Origin: a virus | Lineage: Duplodnaviria > Caudoviricetes | DNA length: 36,450 bases | Virus record (IMG/VR): IMGVR_UViG_3300020045_011376 | Span: 1 to 36,450 of that record | Reading direction: 5' to 3' (one strand) | In this document: positions 7,451-18,438 of the stretch, in pieces | Position numbering within the stretch: the first letter of the stretch is position 1 | Layout: every line of letters starts with the position of its first letter | Program-made: the position numbers and the translations under genes | The notes under the pieces: model-generated | What the model saw: the letters and a program-made list of their open reading frames with translations, nothing else | What the model was told of the DNA's origin: nothing | Databases searched by the model: none

Positions 7451-9555
7451 TAGGCCACCCTTGTCGCGCCGATAGTCCCGCCAGCAGTTGAGTTAGCGCC
7501 CGCCGTACTTGCTGTCAGATAGTAAGTCGTCGTTGACGAAAGGTTCAGACGGTAGGGAGGGATCGAGCTATTCACCGGGACCGATGCACTAGCTAAGCCT
7601 CCGCCCGCTGATTTGTTGGTGATCCAACCCGTAGCGCTGTTGGTCGTCGTCGCAATACCAAAGTCGAAGAAAGCAAGAGATGCTGCGTTGACTACCCTAA
7701 CAAAAGCGCTGAGGTCCCATGTCCCAGCAGTCAGCGTGATTGATGCAATCGTCGCATAGCTGGAAGTCGTAACAGACACGCCTGATGCCGTGGATTCAAT
7801 CCGCTCGCCAACCATACCAGAAGCGATAGCCACGCCGCCCACATAACCAGGAACTGAACCAGCAGGAAACTGAGTTCCTGCATACTGATAGGAGCCTATC
7901 CAATTGGTTCCGCCTGCGAACTTCGTATAACTTACTTGGTAGAGGCCGTACTTAAAGTCTTCTGTATCACCAATAGCGTTACTGTCAATCGTATCTGATC
8001 CGGAAGCTACGACTCGCAGAAAGTTGGTTGAATTTGAAGCAACCTTAGCAACGAAACTGCACGTTGCCGCAATGGCTGTCGCTGGAAGGGTCGCGACGAT
8101 AGCGCCTCCTGAGGAGTGATCAACCTGATTCAACTCGTTTACCACAGCAGTGAAAGCCGATGTCTTCGCCACAGGGGTTAGCCCGCCGCTAGTCGGAGCT
8201 TTCCATGCGAAACCAGAGGTGGCGGTTGAATCGGCAGTGAGGATAAAATCGTTTGTGCTGACCGCGACTCGGACATCGTTTGTTCCATCGTTTCCGATGA
8301 GATCGCCTTTAGTAGTCATCGGAGATAAAGCGTTGAATCCCGCTAGTGCTGTTGTCTGGCCGGTTCCGCCGTTGTCGAGTGGAAGGATGCCGGTAACTTT
8401 ATTTCCTGCGAGGTCAATTCCACCGATCTTGATGGAGTAGGTACTGCCAGAAAGCGTCAAGGTCACTTCGTCAGCCTGTGTGAGGCCCGCTCCAAAGTTT
8501 TGCGTCCAGACCTGGTTGCTAGCTAGCGATGCAAGCTCAGCCGTCTGCTGGAAACCTTTGTCAGCGTTGACAGTCCCCTCCTGAACGAGAGCGACCGCAC
8601 CATTTAATTCAGTGAACGTATCGCCATCCAGCGACCTAGTCCAAGCGCCAGCCGCTACGAGATATATGCCGTTGTCGGAAGCTGTCGACTGATTCTTAAC
8701 CAAGACCCTATCGGCAGCAATTACCGCGATACCGTCGATGGTTTGAGGCGCGGACAGGGTAATGTTCGCAGTGGTTGCAGCGCGAACCGGAGCTTTCCAT
8801 TTCAGGCCATTGCTTACAGCGTCAACATAGGCCTTGGTGGCGGCACCTAAAGCTAGGGTGGGGTCAGCATTTAGGATGAGATCGCCGGTCATTGTATCGC
8901 CAGCCTTCAAAAGCCTAGCGTTCATCTGCGTTTGAATCGCGGAGGAAACTCCTGAAAGGTATTCAATCTCGGTCGATGTCGTAGCTGACTCTATGATCGC
9001 GCTACCGTTCGATACGATGGCCTTGTTACCTGCTAGAGCCGAAGAGGAATTGGTCCCTCCGTTGGCAACAGGAAGAGTCCCTGTAACCCCGGTCGTCAGG
9101 GGAAGGCCAGTCATGTTGGTCAAGATGCCCGAAGCTGGCGTGCCGAGAGCAGGAGTAACAAAGGTTTTGTTTATCAGCGTTTCGACGCCTGTAAGCGTGG
9201 CTAGCGTCCCGCTGTAGTCAGGGAAAGTATATGTGCGGTTTGCCGTGTTGTTGAAATCTAGCGTTGAGCTAACCCCGGTCGAGTTCCCTGCGCTATCGAT
9301 GAGAAATGTTTTCGTAGGGTCCGATAGATCGCTTTCAGGGACCGAGTTGCGCCAGGCCGTGAGGAAGTATCTGAACTTACCTAGGGTCGAATTGAGATAG
9401 ACCGACCCATTTACAGCCGCGCCTTCGCTGGATACGAATGCTGCATCGTTTGCGAAAGGGCTAATCGTCGTGCTAGATGTAGCGATAGAAAGATCGGTCG
9501 GAGGACCAACCGCCACCCCTTCTGAAAACTGTAATTTCTTTACGGTTCCAGCCAT
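7450..9555 (-). CDS. Long tail fibre protein
   Basis: VTGxLPxxNGGT repeats; AATKAYVD and [12 protein letters not shown]...DRVLVKNQ...NGIY fibre modules; C-terminal tip related to the two downstream genes. Confidence 0.85.
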   Translation of the reverse strand: MAGTVKKLQFSEGVAVGPPTDLSIATSSTTISPFANDAAFVSSEGAAVNGSVYLNSTLGKFRYFLTAWRNSVPESDLSDPTKTFLIDSAGNSTGVSSTLDFNNTANRTYTFPDYSGTLATLTGVETLINKTFVTPALGTPASGILTNMTGLPLTTGVTGTLPVANGGTNSSSALAGNKAIVSNGSAIIESATTSTEIEYLSGVSSAIQTQMNARLLKAGDTMTGDLILNADPTLALGAATKAYVDAVSNGLKWKAPVRAATTANITLSAPQTIDGIAVIAADRVLVKNQSTASDNGIYLVAAGAWTRSLDGDTFTELNGAVALVQEGTVNADKGFQQTAELASLASNQVWTQNFGAGLTQADEVTLTLSGSTYSIKIGGIDLAGNKVTGILPLDNGGTGQTTALAGFNALSPMTTKGDLIGNDGTNDVRVAVSTNDFILTADSTATSGFAWKAPTSGGLTPVAKTSAFTAVVNELNQVDHSSGGAIVATLPATAIAATCSFVAKVASNSTNFLRVVASGSDTIDSNAIGDTEDFKYGLYQVSYTKFAGGTNWIGSYQYAGTQFPAGSVPGYVGGVAIASGMVGERIESTASGVSVTTSSYATIASITLTAGTWDLSAFVRVVNAASLAFFDFGIATTTNSATGWITNKSAGGGLASASVPVNSSIPPYRLNLSSTTTYYLTASTAGANSTAGGTIGATRVA

Positions 9556-9556
9556 G

Positions 9557-11632
9557 TCAGAGCCCTTTCAAATCGCTTGCGCGTATGGATATACTTTCTG
9601 GTGATTTCTCAACGGATATAATCTTAAGATCGACCGAGCCCGAACCGCCTAGGGCTATGCTGTTGGCTAGCTCAATGTCTTGCCCTAGCTCGCTGTCAAT
9701 GTCTTCGGTGGCCGTCCTAAGGCTGTAGGTGGCTCGTCTCGAAGAATTGATTGCCATATGCCTATCTATGTTACTCGTTATTTCCTCCAGAACGTGACGA
9801 AATCTATTCACGTTCACAACCCCTTGCAGCTTCGCGGCCTTCTGGTTCTGCCTCGTCTCCGAGGGAGAGCTAGCGCCGTCAATGGCTTGCTGCGATTCGT
9901 GGTGAGGATTGTAGGCGATGATGGAGGTAACTATGTCAGCATATTCTAGCTCGCACGATGTCCCGCCGTCCAGTGTAAGGGATACGTCCCGTACGCTGCT
10001 CGATGATGGAGCGGCTAGGATGTGATACTCGACCTCGAAGCTAGTATTGACTTTCAGGTATCCCAACGAGCTTCTCAGAACGTCTTGAGCCGTCTCGAGG
10101 TAGCTCTTGTAATCAAGCTCGTCGAAGTTAGGGATGTGAAACCTAGCATTGACAGGTAGCTCGGTGGCAGCAGCCGTAAATGATGCCGTGTTGGCCGTTA
10201 GCCCAGCCTTCTCGGTCATCTCTTTAAGTATGTCCGCGTGGGTTTGGACGACATCGTTAGTTGCCCTGAAGAAGACAAGGTGGGCATTGGGGTCTAAAGG
10301 CTCGCCGCCAAACTCCGAGAAATTTGTCTCGAAGTCATTTACAAATTCAATCTCTATATAATTATTGCCGCCCGATGTTGCCGTCTCATTGATTGTGTAA
10401 TCTCGATCGATTCGAGGATAGATAAACGTTCCTTCTGGTAATTGTATGAACACGCAGAAGCTTTGCAGAGGGTGAAGCGTACTGACAACGTTGAAGGGAG
10501 TCGATGGCCCTGAAAATATTATATTCATATCAAATCCGAAGAAATCAAAATCCCCGACGTAGTTCACGATGCTGTGATAGGTGGTGGATGTCTCGGTCCA
10601 TTTAAAGGTATCACCAACCTCGACGTTGCTCATGTCATTTATTAAAGCCACCGAATAGCCGTCTAGGGTGAGAATAGAATTTGCTATGGACCCGTAAGCC
10701 TGGGCCCTAGGAGAGCCCTTCATTCGGCATGCACCGAAGGTCCTGTTCACCGATGTGGATAGGCTTGCACTGTAGGATGTGCAAGGCGCAGGCGTTCCAA
10801 CCGATACCCTAAACAGGTCCGGGACACCCGGCTCAGTCGAAGCGAAGGCTTCCGTCTTATAGCGAGAGGAAGAGCCGACTATATAGGGCAGTACGGTATC
10901 GTGGAAGTTAGGATCTAATGAAGGAAAGCCTGAAGCGCTTCTCCTAAAGAAGCATTCCTCTGTGCTATCGCCCATCAAGGCTGGCCTTACAAAACTATTA
11001 AAGCTATCAAGGCACCTAAGGCTAATGCTTTGCGTGTCGATCGATAGCGATTGGATAGTCCCGGTGAATACCTTTTGGATGTTGTCGACAGAGTTGATGC
11101 AAATCCAGATATCAACCTGCTTATTATAAAAGCTGTCCTCGTCGGTAAGATACTGCTGAAAGACGCTATCGGTATTGATGATCTTCACGGTCGTATCGGA
11201 TATGGAGAATACCCCAGCAAGGATATCCTCGAAGCTTTGGGTAAAGCTTGGGTAGTTGGACAGCCTAGGTTCCCAGCTTCTGATCTTATTCGATGGCACG
11301 CTAGGGTCTTCGCCAATATCTCGGTATATCGTACCCGTATAGAAGAGGTAATAGTAGCAAATGAGGATATTATCAGTATCGTCAGGCGCGCTGGCAAGCT
11401 TCAGCCTGATCTCGAGCGCGTCCCTATCGTAATACCAGTGGCCATTGACGCTAGGGTTTGCCTCGTCTTCGGTGAGAAGGACTCCGTTAAGCTCGACCTT
11501 ACTTGGGATGAAAGGCATATCGGCAATGTAGTAGGTCAGATCGAAAGTTGGCATTAGAAATCGCCCTGGATTCAGCCGAACCAGGAGAAAACGCTCAGAG
11601 GCATTAGCCTGTTTTTCAATTGCTATGCTCAT
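9557..11632 (-). CDS. Tail tip / baseplate hub protein
   Basis: Size and position between tape measure and fibres; [12 protein letters not shown]...ISLRCLD hub-like motif. Confidence 0.65.
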   Translation of the reverse strand: MSIAIEKQANASERFLLVRLNPGRFLMPTFDLTYYIADMPFIPSKVELNGVLLTEDEANPSVNGHWYYDRDALEIRLKLASAPDDTDNILICYYYLFYTGTIYRDIGEDPSVPSNKIRSWEPRLSNYPSFTQSFEDILAGVFSISDTTVKIINTDSVFQQYLTDEDSFYNKQVDIWICINSVDNIQKVFTGTIQSLSIDTQSISLRCLDSFNSFVRPALMGDSTEECFFRRSASGFPSLDPNFHDTVLPYIVGSSSRYKTEAFASTEPGVPDLFRVSVGTPAPCTSYSASLSTSVNRTFGACRMKGSPRAQAYGSIANSILTLDGYSVALINDMSNVEVGDTFKWTETSTTYHSIVNYVGDFDFFGFDMNIIFSGPSTPFNVVSTLHPLQSFCVFIQLPEGTFIYPRIDRDYTINETATSGGNNYIEIEFVNDFETNFSEFGGEPLDPNAHLVFFRATNDVVQTHADILKEMTEKAGLTANTASFTAAATELPVNARFHIPNFDELDYKSYLETAQDVLRSSLGYLKVNTSFEVEYHILAAPSSSSVRDVSLTLDGGTSCELEYADIVTSIIAYNPHHESQQAIDGASSPSETRQNQKAAKLQGVVNVNRFRHVLEEITSNIDRHMAINSSRRATYSLRTATEDIDSELGQDIELANSIALGGSGSVDLKIISVEKSPESISIRASDLKGL

Positions 11633-12093
11633 GATTTTCCTAAAAGGCGAATTCTAGCGCCAGCTTGTGTGGGAGTAACCGCTTCGTTCACCGGAAAATA
11701 CCAGTCTAGGTTAACCCCTACGTAGAAATCCTCTCCATCTTTAGCGTAGCCATCGGTTTCGCAGGTAATGAAATAATCGTGGTTCGGATTTAAAGGCACT
11801 CCCTCGAAATCAAAGTAGACGTTCCCAAGCCAGCCATCGGTATAGCTAGGCTCGAGGGTATCGGAGGATATGACCGCACGATTTGAGGCGTATATTGGAC
11901 CTTCCAGCCTGTCATTCCCATATATGTTCAGCCACATTTCAAAGGGGGAATCGATCGCTCCCTTGACGTATATGGTCAGCATCGCATGCCGTAGGTCTGT
12001 CCCGTCAGTCAGCGTGAAATACCCAAGCTTGGAGTTGTCATCGGTATCTAGGACCACAAAATATTGAAGGTCTGGGAACTGCTCGAAGGCCAT
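11629..12093 (-). CDS. Minor tail protein (acidic, beta-rich)
   Basis: Synteny; ATGA overlap with next gene. Confidence 0.6.
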   Translation of the reverse strand: MAFEQFPDLQYFVVLDTDDNSKLGYFTLTDGTDLRHAMLTIYVKGAIDSPFEMWLNIYGNDRLEGPIYASNRAVISSDTLEPSYTDGWLGNVYFDFEGVPLNPNHDYFITCETDGYAKDGEDFYVGVNLDWYFPVNEAVTPTQAGARIRLLGKS

Positions 12094-12192
12094 TTTGTGT
12101 TGCCTCTCAGCACGCTTGTGCGATAGTAAATGGAAGCCTGGAAATGAGTAAATATAGATTCAGGGGGGAATGGTTCATTCCTCCTCGTTTTT

Positions 12193-13296
12193 TTAAAATG
12201 CCTCTTTCATATCCCAGTCCAAATCATAATAATTTCGAAAGACATGGTTGAGCTTTGGCGCGCGGGTCATGATCATATATCGCGTTAGCTCTTCCAAATC
12301 TTGGCTGACCTCTACCCCTGGATCGATCGACACGAAAAAAGGCGTCCTTACCCCAACATCATAGAAAAGCTGCTCGATATCCCTCTGCTCTTGGCCGTTC
12401 AAAAGCTGTATCACGCAGTTGCCAATCGATAGAAACCTAGGACGGGTCTGAAAGAAGGTGGCGCCGTTTTCGCTCTGCAATGCTATGGACGGGTCGTTCA
12501 ATTCCTTTGAAAACCCCCTAGCGATATTGGTAGCCGTGACGGTTTGATGGTCCCCGATATAAGCTACAGCCAGGCGAAGGCCCTCTGGTCCTAGGTAGTT
12601 CAAGCGGTCGATTATTTCCATTCGGCCATAGCGATACGAGCCTAGATCTTCCATGACCGAGAAGCAGCCTAGGGATGTGACGGGGACTTCTTCGTCGACA
12701 GGCGGAGAAACCCAATAATCGATGTTATTAGCCTGGATGCGAACGACCGCACTTTCAGAGAGCGGGAAGATTTCGTCGATCCCTGACAGCAAAGCGAAAA
12801 AGGTAAGCTCTTGGGGAACTCCAAGATCATATTTGACCCACTCCGAAGTGTGGTTCCTCTGCTCATCGGCTATGAACGGGGAGACGCTAAGGTCTGTCTC
12901 GCCTACGTAGCCTAGCATGTCCCAAGATGCATTAGTCGTGACGGTCTTCTTTAGGACAGCCGTCCCGCTCGACCTGGCTAGGGTGAACTTATAGGTTAGC
13001 GAGCTATCATAGACGCATGTCCAATTGGAAGATGAAGCGTTCAGCTGCGTTTGGATATGCGTGGCGAGGCTACCGTATAGGTAGCTCCCTACGGTAAGCG
13101 TGATGGTCTTGTCTGATCCATCGTTCACATAGATCTTGTTATTCAGTGCGGTAACCTCAAAATTACCGGCTGGCTTCCAAATCTTGGAGCGCGACGGGTT
13201 ATAGATGTTGGCCGCCGCGAACTCTGATACCTCCGACGAGGAGGAGAAGCCTCTACCTATAAAGTTGTTGGTCATAAGCCTAACGTTTTTATTCAC
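12193..13296 (-). CDS. Distal-tail-like protein with discoidin-like N-domain and an inserted domain
   Basis: Directly after tape measure; SSSE...AAANI...W and EWVKYDLGVP motifs. Confidence 0.6.
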   Translation of the reverse strand: MNKNVRLMTNNFIGRGFSSSSEVSEFAAANIYNPSRSKIWKPAGNFEVTALNNKIYVNDGSDKTITLTVGSYLYGSLATHIQTQLNASSSNWTCVYDSSLTYKFTLARSSGTAVLKKTVTTNASWDMLGYVGETDLSVSPFIADEQRNHTSEWVKYDLGVPQELTFFALLSGIDEIFPLSESAVVRIQANNIDYWVSPPVDEEVPVTSLGCFSVMEDLGSYRYGRMEIIDRLNYLGPEGLRLAVAYIGDHQTVTATNIARGFSKELNDPSIALQSENGATFFQTRPRFLSIGNCVIQLLNGQEQRDIEQLFYDVGVRTPFFVSIDPGVEVSQDLEELTRYMIMTRAPKLNHVFRNYYDLDWDMKEAF

Positions 13297-16200
13297 GCCG
13301 ATAGCCTCGCATTGTTTCGATTCAATTGGAGGATGATTTGAGCAAGCGCTCTCCCATCAAGCTCGGCTGTCGCGTTGACGGTTTGCGGCTGAGCTAGTAG
13401 CGCTGCAATTCTTCCAAGCTGAGTGAGCATCGCGACCATTGCCTCTTCGTTATTACCCCCAAGCGATCCGTTTCGAATCAGGTCTTGCATGCCTTGCGAG
13501 ATGTCGGGAGGTAGGATCATCTCGTTGGATGTAAGGCGGGCATTGGCCGTGTCGTTTGGAAATCCAGGGGGGACAATACCTCCACCAGCGAATTTGAATC
13601 CCTTTGTCAAACCGCCGAGCGCTTTATTAAGTCCGCCCGTAGCGATGGTGACTAGGCCATCGACCGCCTTATTAGAACTCTTCCCGCTAATAATCTCGCC
13701 AGCGCTACCACCGATTTCTGGGAATTTGAACTTGGAAAGAAACTCGATGAGCCTATTGATTGGCTCAAACAGAAAGTTCTTTAGATTAGTTCCGATTGTT
13801 TTGAAAGCATCGCTCAGTGCGGTTCCAAGCGTAGTGCCTATCGTCCTAAAGACGTTGGTTATCGCGGTCCCAGCATTCGTAAAGGCTGTCCCAATTGCCG
13901 CTCCTACGTTTGTTACCGCTGCTCCAAACACCGCCGTGATGTTAGCGCCGATCTTGCTGAAGGCGCCCGTAAGAGATACGCCGATGTCTGCTATGATCCT
14001 GCCAAACACCTGCTGAAATCCCTCTCCTATGGAGGCAAAGGACTCTCTAACGGCGGTCGTGAAGGCCGTTCCTATCGCGCCGAAGGTAGCCTTGAACGAG
14101 TTGGATAGGGCTAGACCTATATTGGCAAACACTGTCGTGAATTGCTGGCCTATGCGGGTGAAGAAAGGCCCTAGGTTCAAACTGAATCCGGAAAACACTT
14201 GCTTGCCAGCCGCTTGAAGGCTTGTGATGCCCAGCATTGCCTTGCCGATAGCTACGCCAATCTTGATTGCACCGCCCTTATTGACGAGCGTTTCGACAAG
14301 AGCATCGACGAAGGCTGGCGCGCTCTCAGCAATAGCCGTGATTACCTCGGGCAAGGCCGCGACGAAATCCTTTACGAGAGCCTTGACTGCTTCAGGACCT
14401 TGCGCAAAAACGCTTAGTAGTTGGCTCACAGCAGGACCAATGCCAGGGATGAAGGCATCGGCAAATGCTCCCCCTATTCCTGCAACCAATTCCTTAGCGC
14501 CTTCCTTGCCCTTAAGGATTTGATTTATCGCTCCAAGGCCGCCAGCTATCTGTTCGCCTAATCCGCTGACAAGGTCAGGAGAAATCTCAATTTGGTCGAC
14601 AACTACCTTGAATGGAGTCGAAGCGATTTCTTGGATGTTTTTCTTATAATCATCCAGCTGCTGCTTACGTAGTATATTTTCTTTATTAAGAGTGTCTTCG
14701 TGGATTGCAATTTCAAGGTCAGCAGCTTTCTGACCAATGATGACGCCAGCGTCCTTATATTTTTGAAGCTCGGCCAGGTCGCGCTCTCTTTCGATTTGAA
14801 TTTTCTTCAGGCCGCTCGACTCTTTCGATAGAACTCGATCGGCATAGGCCTGGGCTTCCTCGGCAAGCTTTTTTCGTTTCTCACCGTTTTCTTTTTCATC
14901 TTCCAGCGCCTGTGCTTTGGCCTTTGAAGCTTCCACGGAAGCTTTGACAGCCGCTTGTCCCGCAACTGTCTGCGCTATTCCAGCTTCTTTTGCTGCCTTA
15001 GCAATTTCTCCATCTGCCTTGGATATCTTAGCAGCAGCTTCTTTTGCAATTTTGGCAACAGCCTCAATCCCTGACTGAGCGCCATCAAAAGCAAACTCAG
15101 TAGCGATTCCAAACTCAACCGCACCATCTTTAATGTCGTCAAAAGCTTTTATGGTTGGTTTAAAATCTATCTTTTTGTCTGAGAGATCTTTGAGATTTAC
15201 GCCAGTCTCAATGAGAGAAGCTGAAACCTCATCGATGTCAAAGCCCAGAGCTTCGAATGCTTTCCCTGCGCCTGGAATTTTTTTAAGGTCTCGAACCAAC
15301 TCGCCAAGTTCATTTATAAGCGAGCCGATCGCATATTGGACGCCCGATACCGAGGCATTGATGATCGCCTGAACCGTTTCAAATTCTAAAAAGCCAGCAA
15401 TGGCGTCGGCTGTGACGGCAGTTAGTGCGGTTAGGCCTTTGGTCAATACCCCGACGACCTTCAGAAATACCCCAAATGATTCGATGACAACAGGAATCGT
15501 GGCCACCGCAAGCTTGACGAGAGCCGAAATATAGCCAGTGATCTCGGCTTTATTTTCCTCAACAATGCCAGTCAGCTTTTGAAATGATTCATTTGCTACG
15601 CGGATAGCAGCGATCAGAACCGGGTTTTGGGTGATTGTGGATCCGACAGCTTTTTGAAAGTCCTCCTGCGCGTTCTGTAGCTGGATCATCCCGCCAGCAT
15701 AGGTTTGAATTGCATTAGAGGCAGCGCCCTTAAGTCGCTCGGCGATGAAATCGACTGCTGCGCCAGCCTTAAGCTGCTCTTCCGTAAAGGATTTGACCTC
15801 AGGGATGACCTTTCCAAGCGATTTGACCTGGCCCACATAGGAGTTAGTAAGGTCTGTGACTGCGCTCTCTAGGCTGTCGCCTGTCACCGATGCAAGATCG
15901 GCAGCCGTCTGGACGAGCTTTTTTGCATCGTCATTGGTAAGCCCAAGCTGCTTTGCAAAGGCAAGCTGAGCAATAGCGGCATCGTCGGAAAATTTTGATG
16001 TCGATTCGAGTTGGTCGGCAAATGCCTTGAAGTCATCGACTACCTCCGGAGTAAAGTCCCCAAGGCTTTTCAGGGATGCTTCGAGCTTGGCTACTTCGGC
16101 CTCGTTGGCAGCAGCAGCATCAGTGCTATCTTGGAGGAAGCTTATAAAGCCCTTAGCACCGACAAAGGCCAGCGCAGCAGCAGCCGCGCCAGCCAGTAGT

Positions 16201-16322
16201 TTAAAGCTCCCCGTTATCGCTCCAATCGATTTTTCGGCAGATTTTTCAAACGAGTCGAGAGACTTCTTAGCAGATGAGGCGTCTACTACTAAATCTAACT
16301 CAACTTTATTATCATCTGCCAT
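13293..16322 (-). CDS. Tape measure protein
   Basis: 1009 aa Ala-rich helical sequence; periodic Phe repeats; C-terminal FAGGGIVP...DT..ARLTSNEMILP and ELDGRALA motifs. Confidence 0.93.
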   Translation of the reverse strand: MADDNKVELDLVVDASSAKKSLDSFEKSAEKSIGAITGSFKLLAGAAAAALAFVGAKGFISFLQDSTDAAAANEAEVAKLEASLKSLGDFTPEVVDDFKAFADQLESTSKFSDDAAIAQLAFAKQLGLTNDDAKKLVQTAADLASVTGDSLESAVTDLTNSYVGQVKSLGKVIPEVKSFTEEQLKAGAAVDFIAERLKGAASNAIQTYAGGMIQLQNAQEDFQKAVGSTITQNPVLIAAIRVANESFQKLTGIVEENKAEITGYISALVKLAVATIPVVIESFGVFLKVVGVLTKGLTALTAVTADAIAGFLEFETVQAIINASVSGVQYAIGSLINELGELVRDLKKIPGAGKAFEALGFDIDEVSASLIETGVNLKDLSDKKIDFKPTIKAFDDIKDGAVEFGIATEFAFDGAQSGIEAVAKIAKEAAAKISKADGEIAKAAKEAGIAQTVAGQAAVKASVEASKAKAQALEDEKENGEKRKKLAEEAQAYADRVLSKESSGLKKIQIERERDLAELQKYKDAGVIIGQKAADLEIAIHEDTLNKENILRKQQLDDYKKNIQEIASTPFKVVVDQIEISPDLVSGLGEQIAGGLGAINQILKGKEGAKELVAGIGGAFADAFIPGIGPAVSQLLSVFAQGPEAVKALVKDFVAALPEVITAIAESAPAFVDALVETLVNKGGAIKIGVAIGKAMLGITSLQAAGKQVFSGFSLNLGPFFTRIGQQFTTVFANIGLALSNSFKATFGAIGTAFTTAVRESFASIGEGFQQVFGRIIADIGVSLTGAFSKIGANITAVFGAAVTNVGAAIGTAFTNAGTAITNVFRTIGTTLGTALSDAFKTIGTNLKNFLFEPINRLIEFLSKFKFPEIGGSAGEIISGKSSNKAVDGLVTIATGGLNKALGGLTKGFKFAGGGIVPPGFPNDTANARLTSNEMILPPDISQGMQDLIRNGSLGGNNEEAMVAMLTQLGRIAALLAQPQTVNATAELDGRALAQIILQLNRNNARLSA

Positions 16323-16551
16323 TCGTCTTCCCTTTTTTCGTATTTCTCGCCTTGTCTATTTCGACATCGATGATCATAAAGCATTCGGCCTTGAATACGG
16401 AAAGCTCAGAGAAAGGGGACGTGTAGCCTAGCTTGACCATCCGTAACCTAGTCAGATACTCCTGAAATATTTCTATCCCATCGATCTCAAGCGTCTGCCC
16501 TCTGACAGACGATCGAGCAATCGAACGAAGCGAAGCTCTCAGCCGTTTCCC
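16312..16551 (-). CDS. -1 frameshift extension of tail assembly chaperone (gpGT-like)
   Basis: Slippery G GGA AAC at 16551-16545 just before the chaperone stop; the -1 frame is open for 79 codons (GKRLRASLRS...KTNGR) and ends overlapping the TMP start. Confidence 0.8.
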   Translation of the reverse strand, partial: GKRLRASLRSIARSSVRGQTLEIDGIEIFQEYLTRLRMVKLGYTSPFSELSVFKAECFMIIDVEIDKARNTKKGKTNGR

Positions 16552-16907
16552 AGCTTGAAACCGTTGAGCATAGCTCCAGCGATTTCCGTTATGATCCCAT
16601 GGCCGATGTCGTCTGAGTCAAGATCGTCGTAGCTCTTGTATTCCGTTCCACTCGCTTTATGCTTGATGTCGATCTTCACATACTTTGGCTTAGCTGTTTT
16701 GATACAGCTTACAAGGAACTCCATGTTCCCCTTTTTGCCTTTCATCTGCGTCTCGCCATCTTCCCCGACGTCCACGCCTTGGTCGGAGAGGAGGGTTAGC
16801 TTCTCTTCGATCCCAAGCGATTTGATCTCAACGCTCCCCTCGCAGGTAGCATCTTCGCCTTTGCAGCATTTTGGAACATAGGTGATCGTCTTCATTGGTG
16901 CTTCCAA
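16539..16907 (-). CDS. Tail assembly chaperone (gpG-like)
   Basis: Between tail tube and TMP; ends in a slippery heptamer. Confidence 0.8.
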   Translation of the reverse strand: MEAPMKTITYVPKCCKGEDATCEGSVEIKSLGIEEKLTLLSDQGVDVGEDGETQMKGKKGNMEFLVSCIKTAKPKYVKIDIKHKASGTEYKSYDDLDSDDIGHGIITEIAGAMLNGFKLGNG

Positions 16908-16910
16908 TTC

Positions 16911-18428
16911 TTAGAGAAAGTTAACGTACACTTCGCCAGAGCCCGAAGAGTTGACGAAAGCGGAGAGGGTAAGGTTAAGCTGAGCTAGGCCATCGTTATC
17001 GTCGATGGAGAATTCCGATATAGTGCAAGTAGGGTTATAGAGAGCGCCGCACTTGCCTGCTACCCATTGCCCGCCCGACTTGATGCCGAATGAGTATTGG
17101 AATTTGATCTCATCGCCCGATCGGTAATTCTTGAACTTCTCAACTTGGTATTGATCGAGAGGCGCAGAGATCTCAATCGTCACTTCTCGAGAATTGATGA
17201 CCGAACCTGATTTGCCCGACTGAGCGCAGATACTGAGGATGTCCGTCTTAGGTGTGTCGATCGATAGGGTGACCGAGTTAGCCTGAAAGCAGACATAGTC
17301 GTCGGCTTCGCCCACCATGACTTCGTTGTCTTTCGCGGCCAAAGGATCGGAGTTGTCGAAGGCCGGTGTGTAGGGAGGCGTGAAGACCTGCGCGTTGTCG
17401 GCAGTGTATCCAGTCGAGCCTGCTACGCCCGTATCGTCAGCTGCGATGAGGAATCCAAGCTTGTCGCCAATGGTATTTGCGGTATTAGCACCGGTATTCC
17501 AAAGGAGGGAAAGAACCGTAGATGTGGATGTAATTTTGAATTTGCCGCTCGAATCCACGTAGGTCACGGTATATGTCTCGGTCGATGCGGTATCGTTCAT
17601 CGCTTGCTGAAGCGCCGAGGCTAGCTCGTAAGGGTCCTTATACATCTTAGCTGTAACAGAGGCCGCGAAGGTGCCATCGTCATCGGTGAAGTCGATGAAT
17701 CGATCCGCTGCAAGGATGTTGATCGGATTAAAGCTATAGCTGAGGCCTTCGATATCAAAGCTAGCATTGATCAAATCGCCAGCCGCTATATCGATGCTAG
17801 CCGATGTCACGCGGCCACCAGCGACCATCTGAACCGCACCGCCTGATCCTAGGTAGTGCCATAGGGTTAGGGTTGGATGGCTTGAGTTTGCAGGGTAATA
17901 GAGCACCGACCGGCCTAGGTTTACTCCTGTTCCCGGCGCCGTCGGAACCTGGAATCCAAGATTGAGATCATCGGTAGAAACAGAATCGATACAGCGGATT
18001 CGGTAGCCGTTGGTGGCGTCTTTAATAAGCAGGGCTTGTCCTCTTTGGAACTGGACGCCTTCGCCTGTATCGACCTTGACGGCTGAGATGGTCGATCCGA
18101 CGATCGTATCGTACTCAGTCGAAGCGCTTGCAACTGCGCCGATTGCAGCCTTGAGAAGTAGGCCGTAGTTAGGCGCTTGCCCGACGACGCCCGATGCCCT
18201 GATGTAGTGGGACATGGAGGCAGAGGGTGACTCTGCTCCAAGGATTGGCTTTGCTCGTCCGATGGAGGATTTGAGTTCTGCATTTTCAAGAACCTCAAAG
18301 CTTGGTTCCATGGTGAAGTCATCTTGAAGCGCGACGAAGTCAGTCGCTGACGCTGGGATTACAGCAGTTCCTTCGGTAACCTCTTGCATGATCGACAGGA
18401 CACTAGATCGCGTTTGGATAACAGCCAT
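16911..18428 (-). CDS. Major tail tube protein with inserted domains
   Basis: Synteny; tube-like N- and C-termini (SIMQEVTEG; LYNPTCTISEFSIDDNDGL); long at 505 aa. Confidence 0.8.
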   Translation of the reverse strand: MAVIQTRSSVLSIMQEVTEGTAVIPASATDFVALQDDFTMEPSFEVLENAELKSSIGRAKPILGAESPSASMSHYIRASGVVGQAPNYGLLLKAAIGAVASASTEYDTIVGSTISAVKVDTGEGVQFQRGQALLIKDATNGYRIRCIDSVSTDDLNLGFQVPTAPGTGVNLGRSVLYYPANSSHPTLTLWHYLGSGGAVQMVAGGRVTSASIDIAAGDLINASFDIEGLSYSFNPINILAADRFIDFTDDDGTFAASVTAKMYKDPYELASALQQAMNDTASTETYTVTYVDSSGKFKITSTSTVLSLLWNTGANTANTIGDKLGFLIAADDTGVAGSTGYTADNAQVFTPPYTPAFDNSDPLAAKDNEVMVGEADDYVCFQANSVTLSIDTPKTDILSICAQSGKSGSVINSREVTIEISAPLDQYQVEKFKNYRSGDEIKFQYSFGIKSGGQWVAGKCGALYNPTCTISEFSIDDNDGLAQLNLTLSAFVNSSGSGEVYVNFL

Positions 18429-18438
18429 GTTTTTTCCC

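Noticed and set aside
4910-9555. Diversity-generating retroelement or invertible shufflon acting on fibres
   Set aside because: No reverse transcriptase or invertase, all copies co-oriented, and differences are not adenine-specific.
12106-12177. 23-aa ORF (MNHSPLNLY...) in a tail-gene gap
   Set aside because: The SD-like GAGGAGG is almost adjacent to the ATG and there is no other support.
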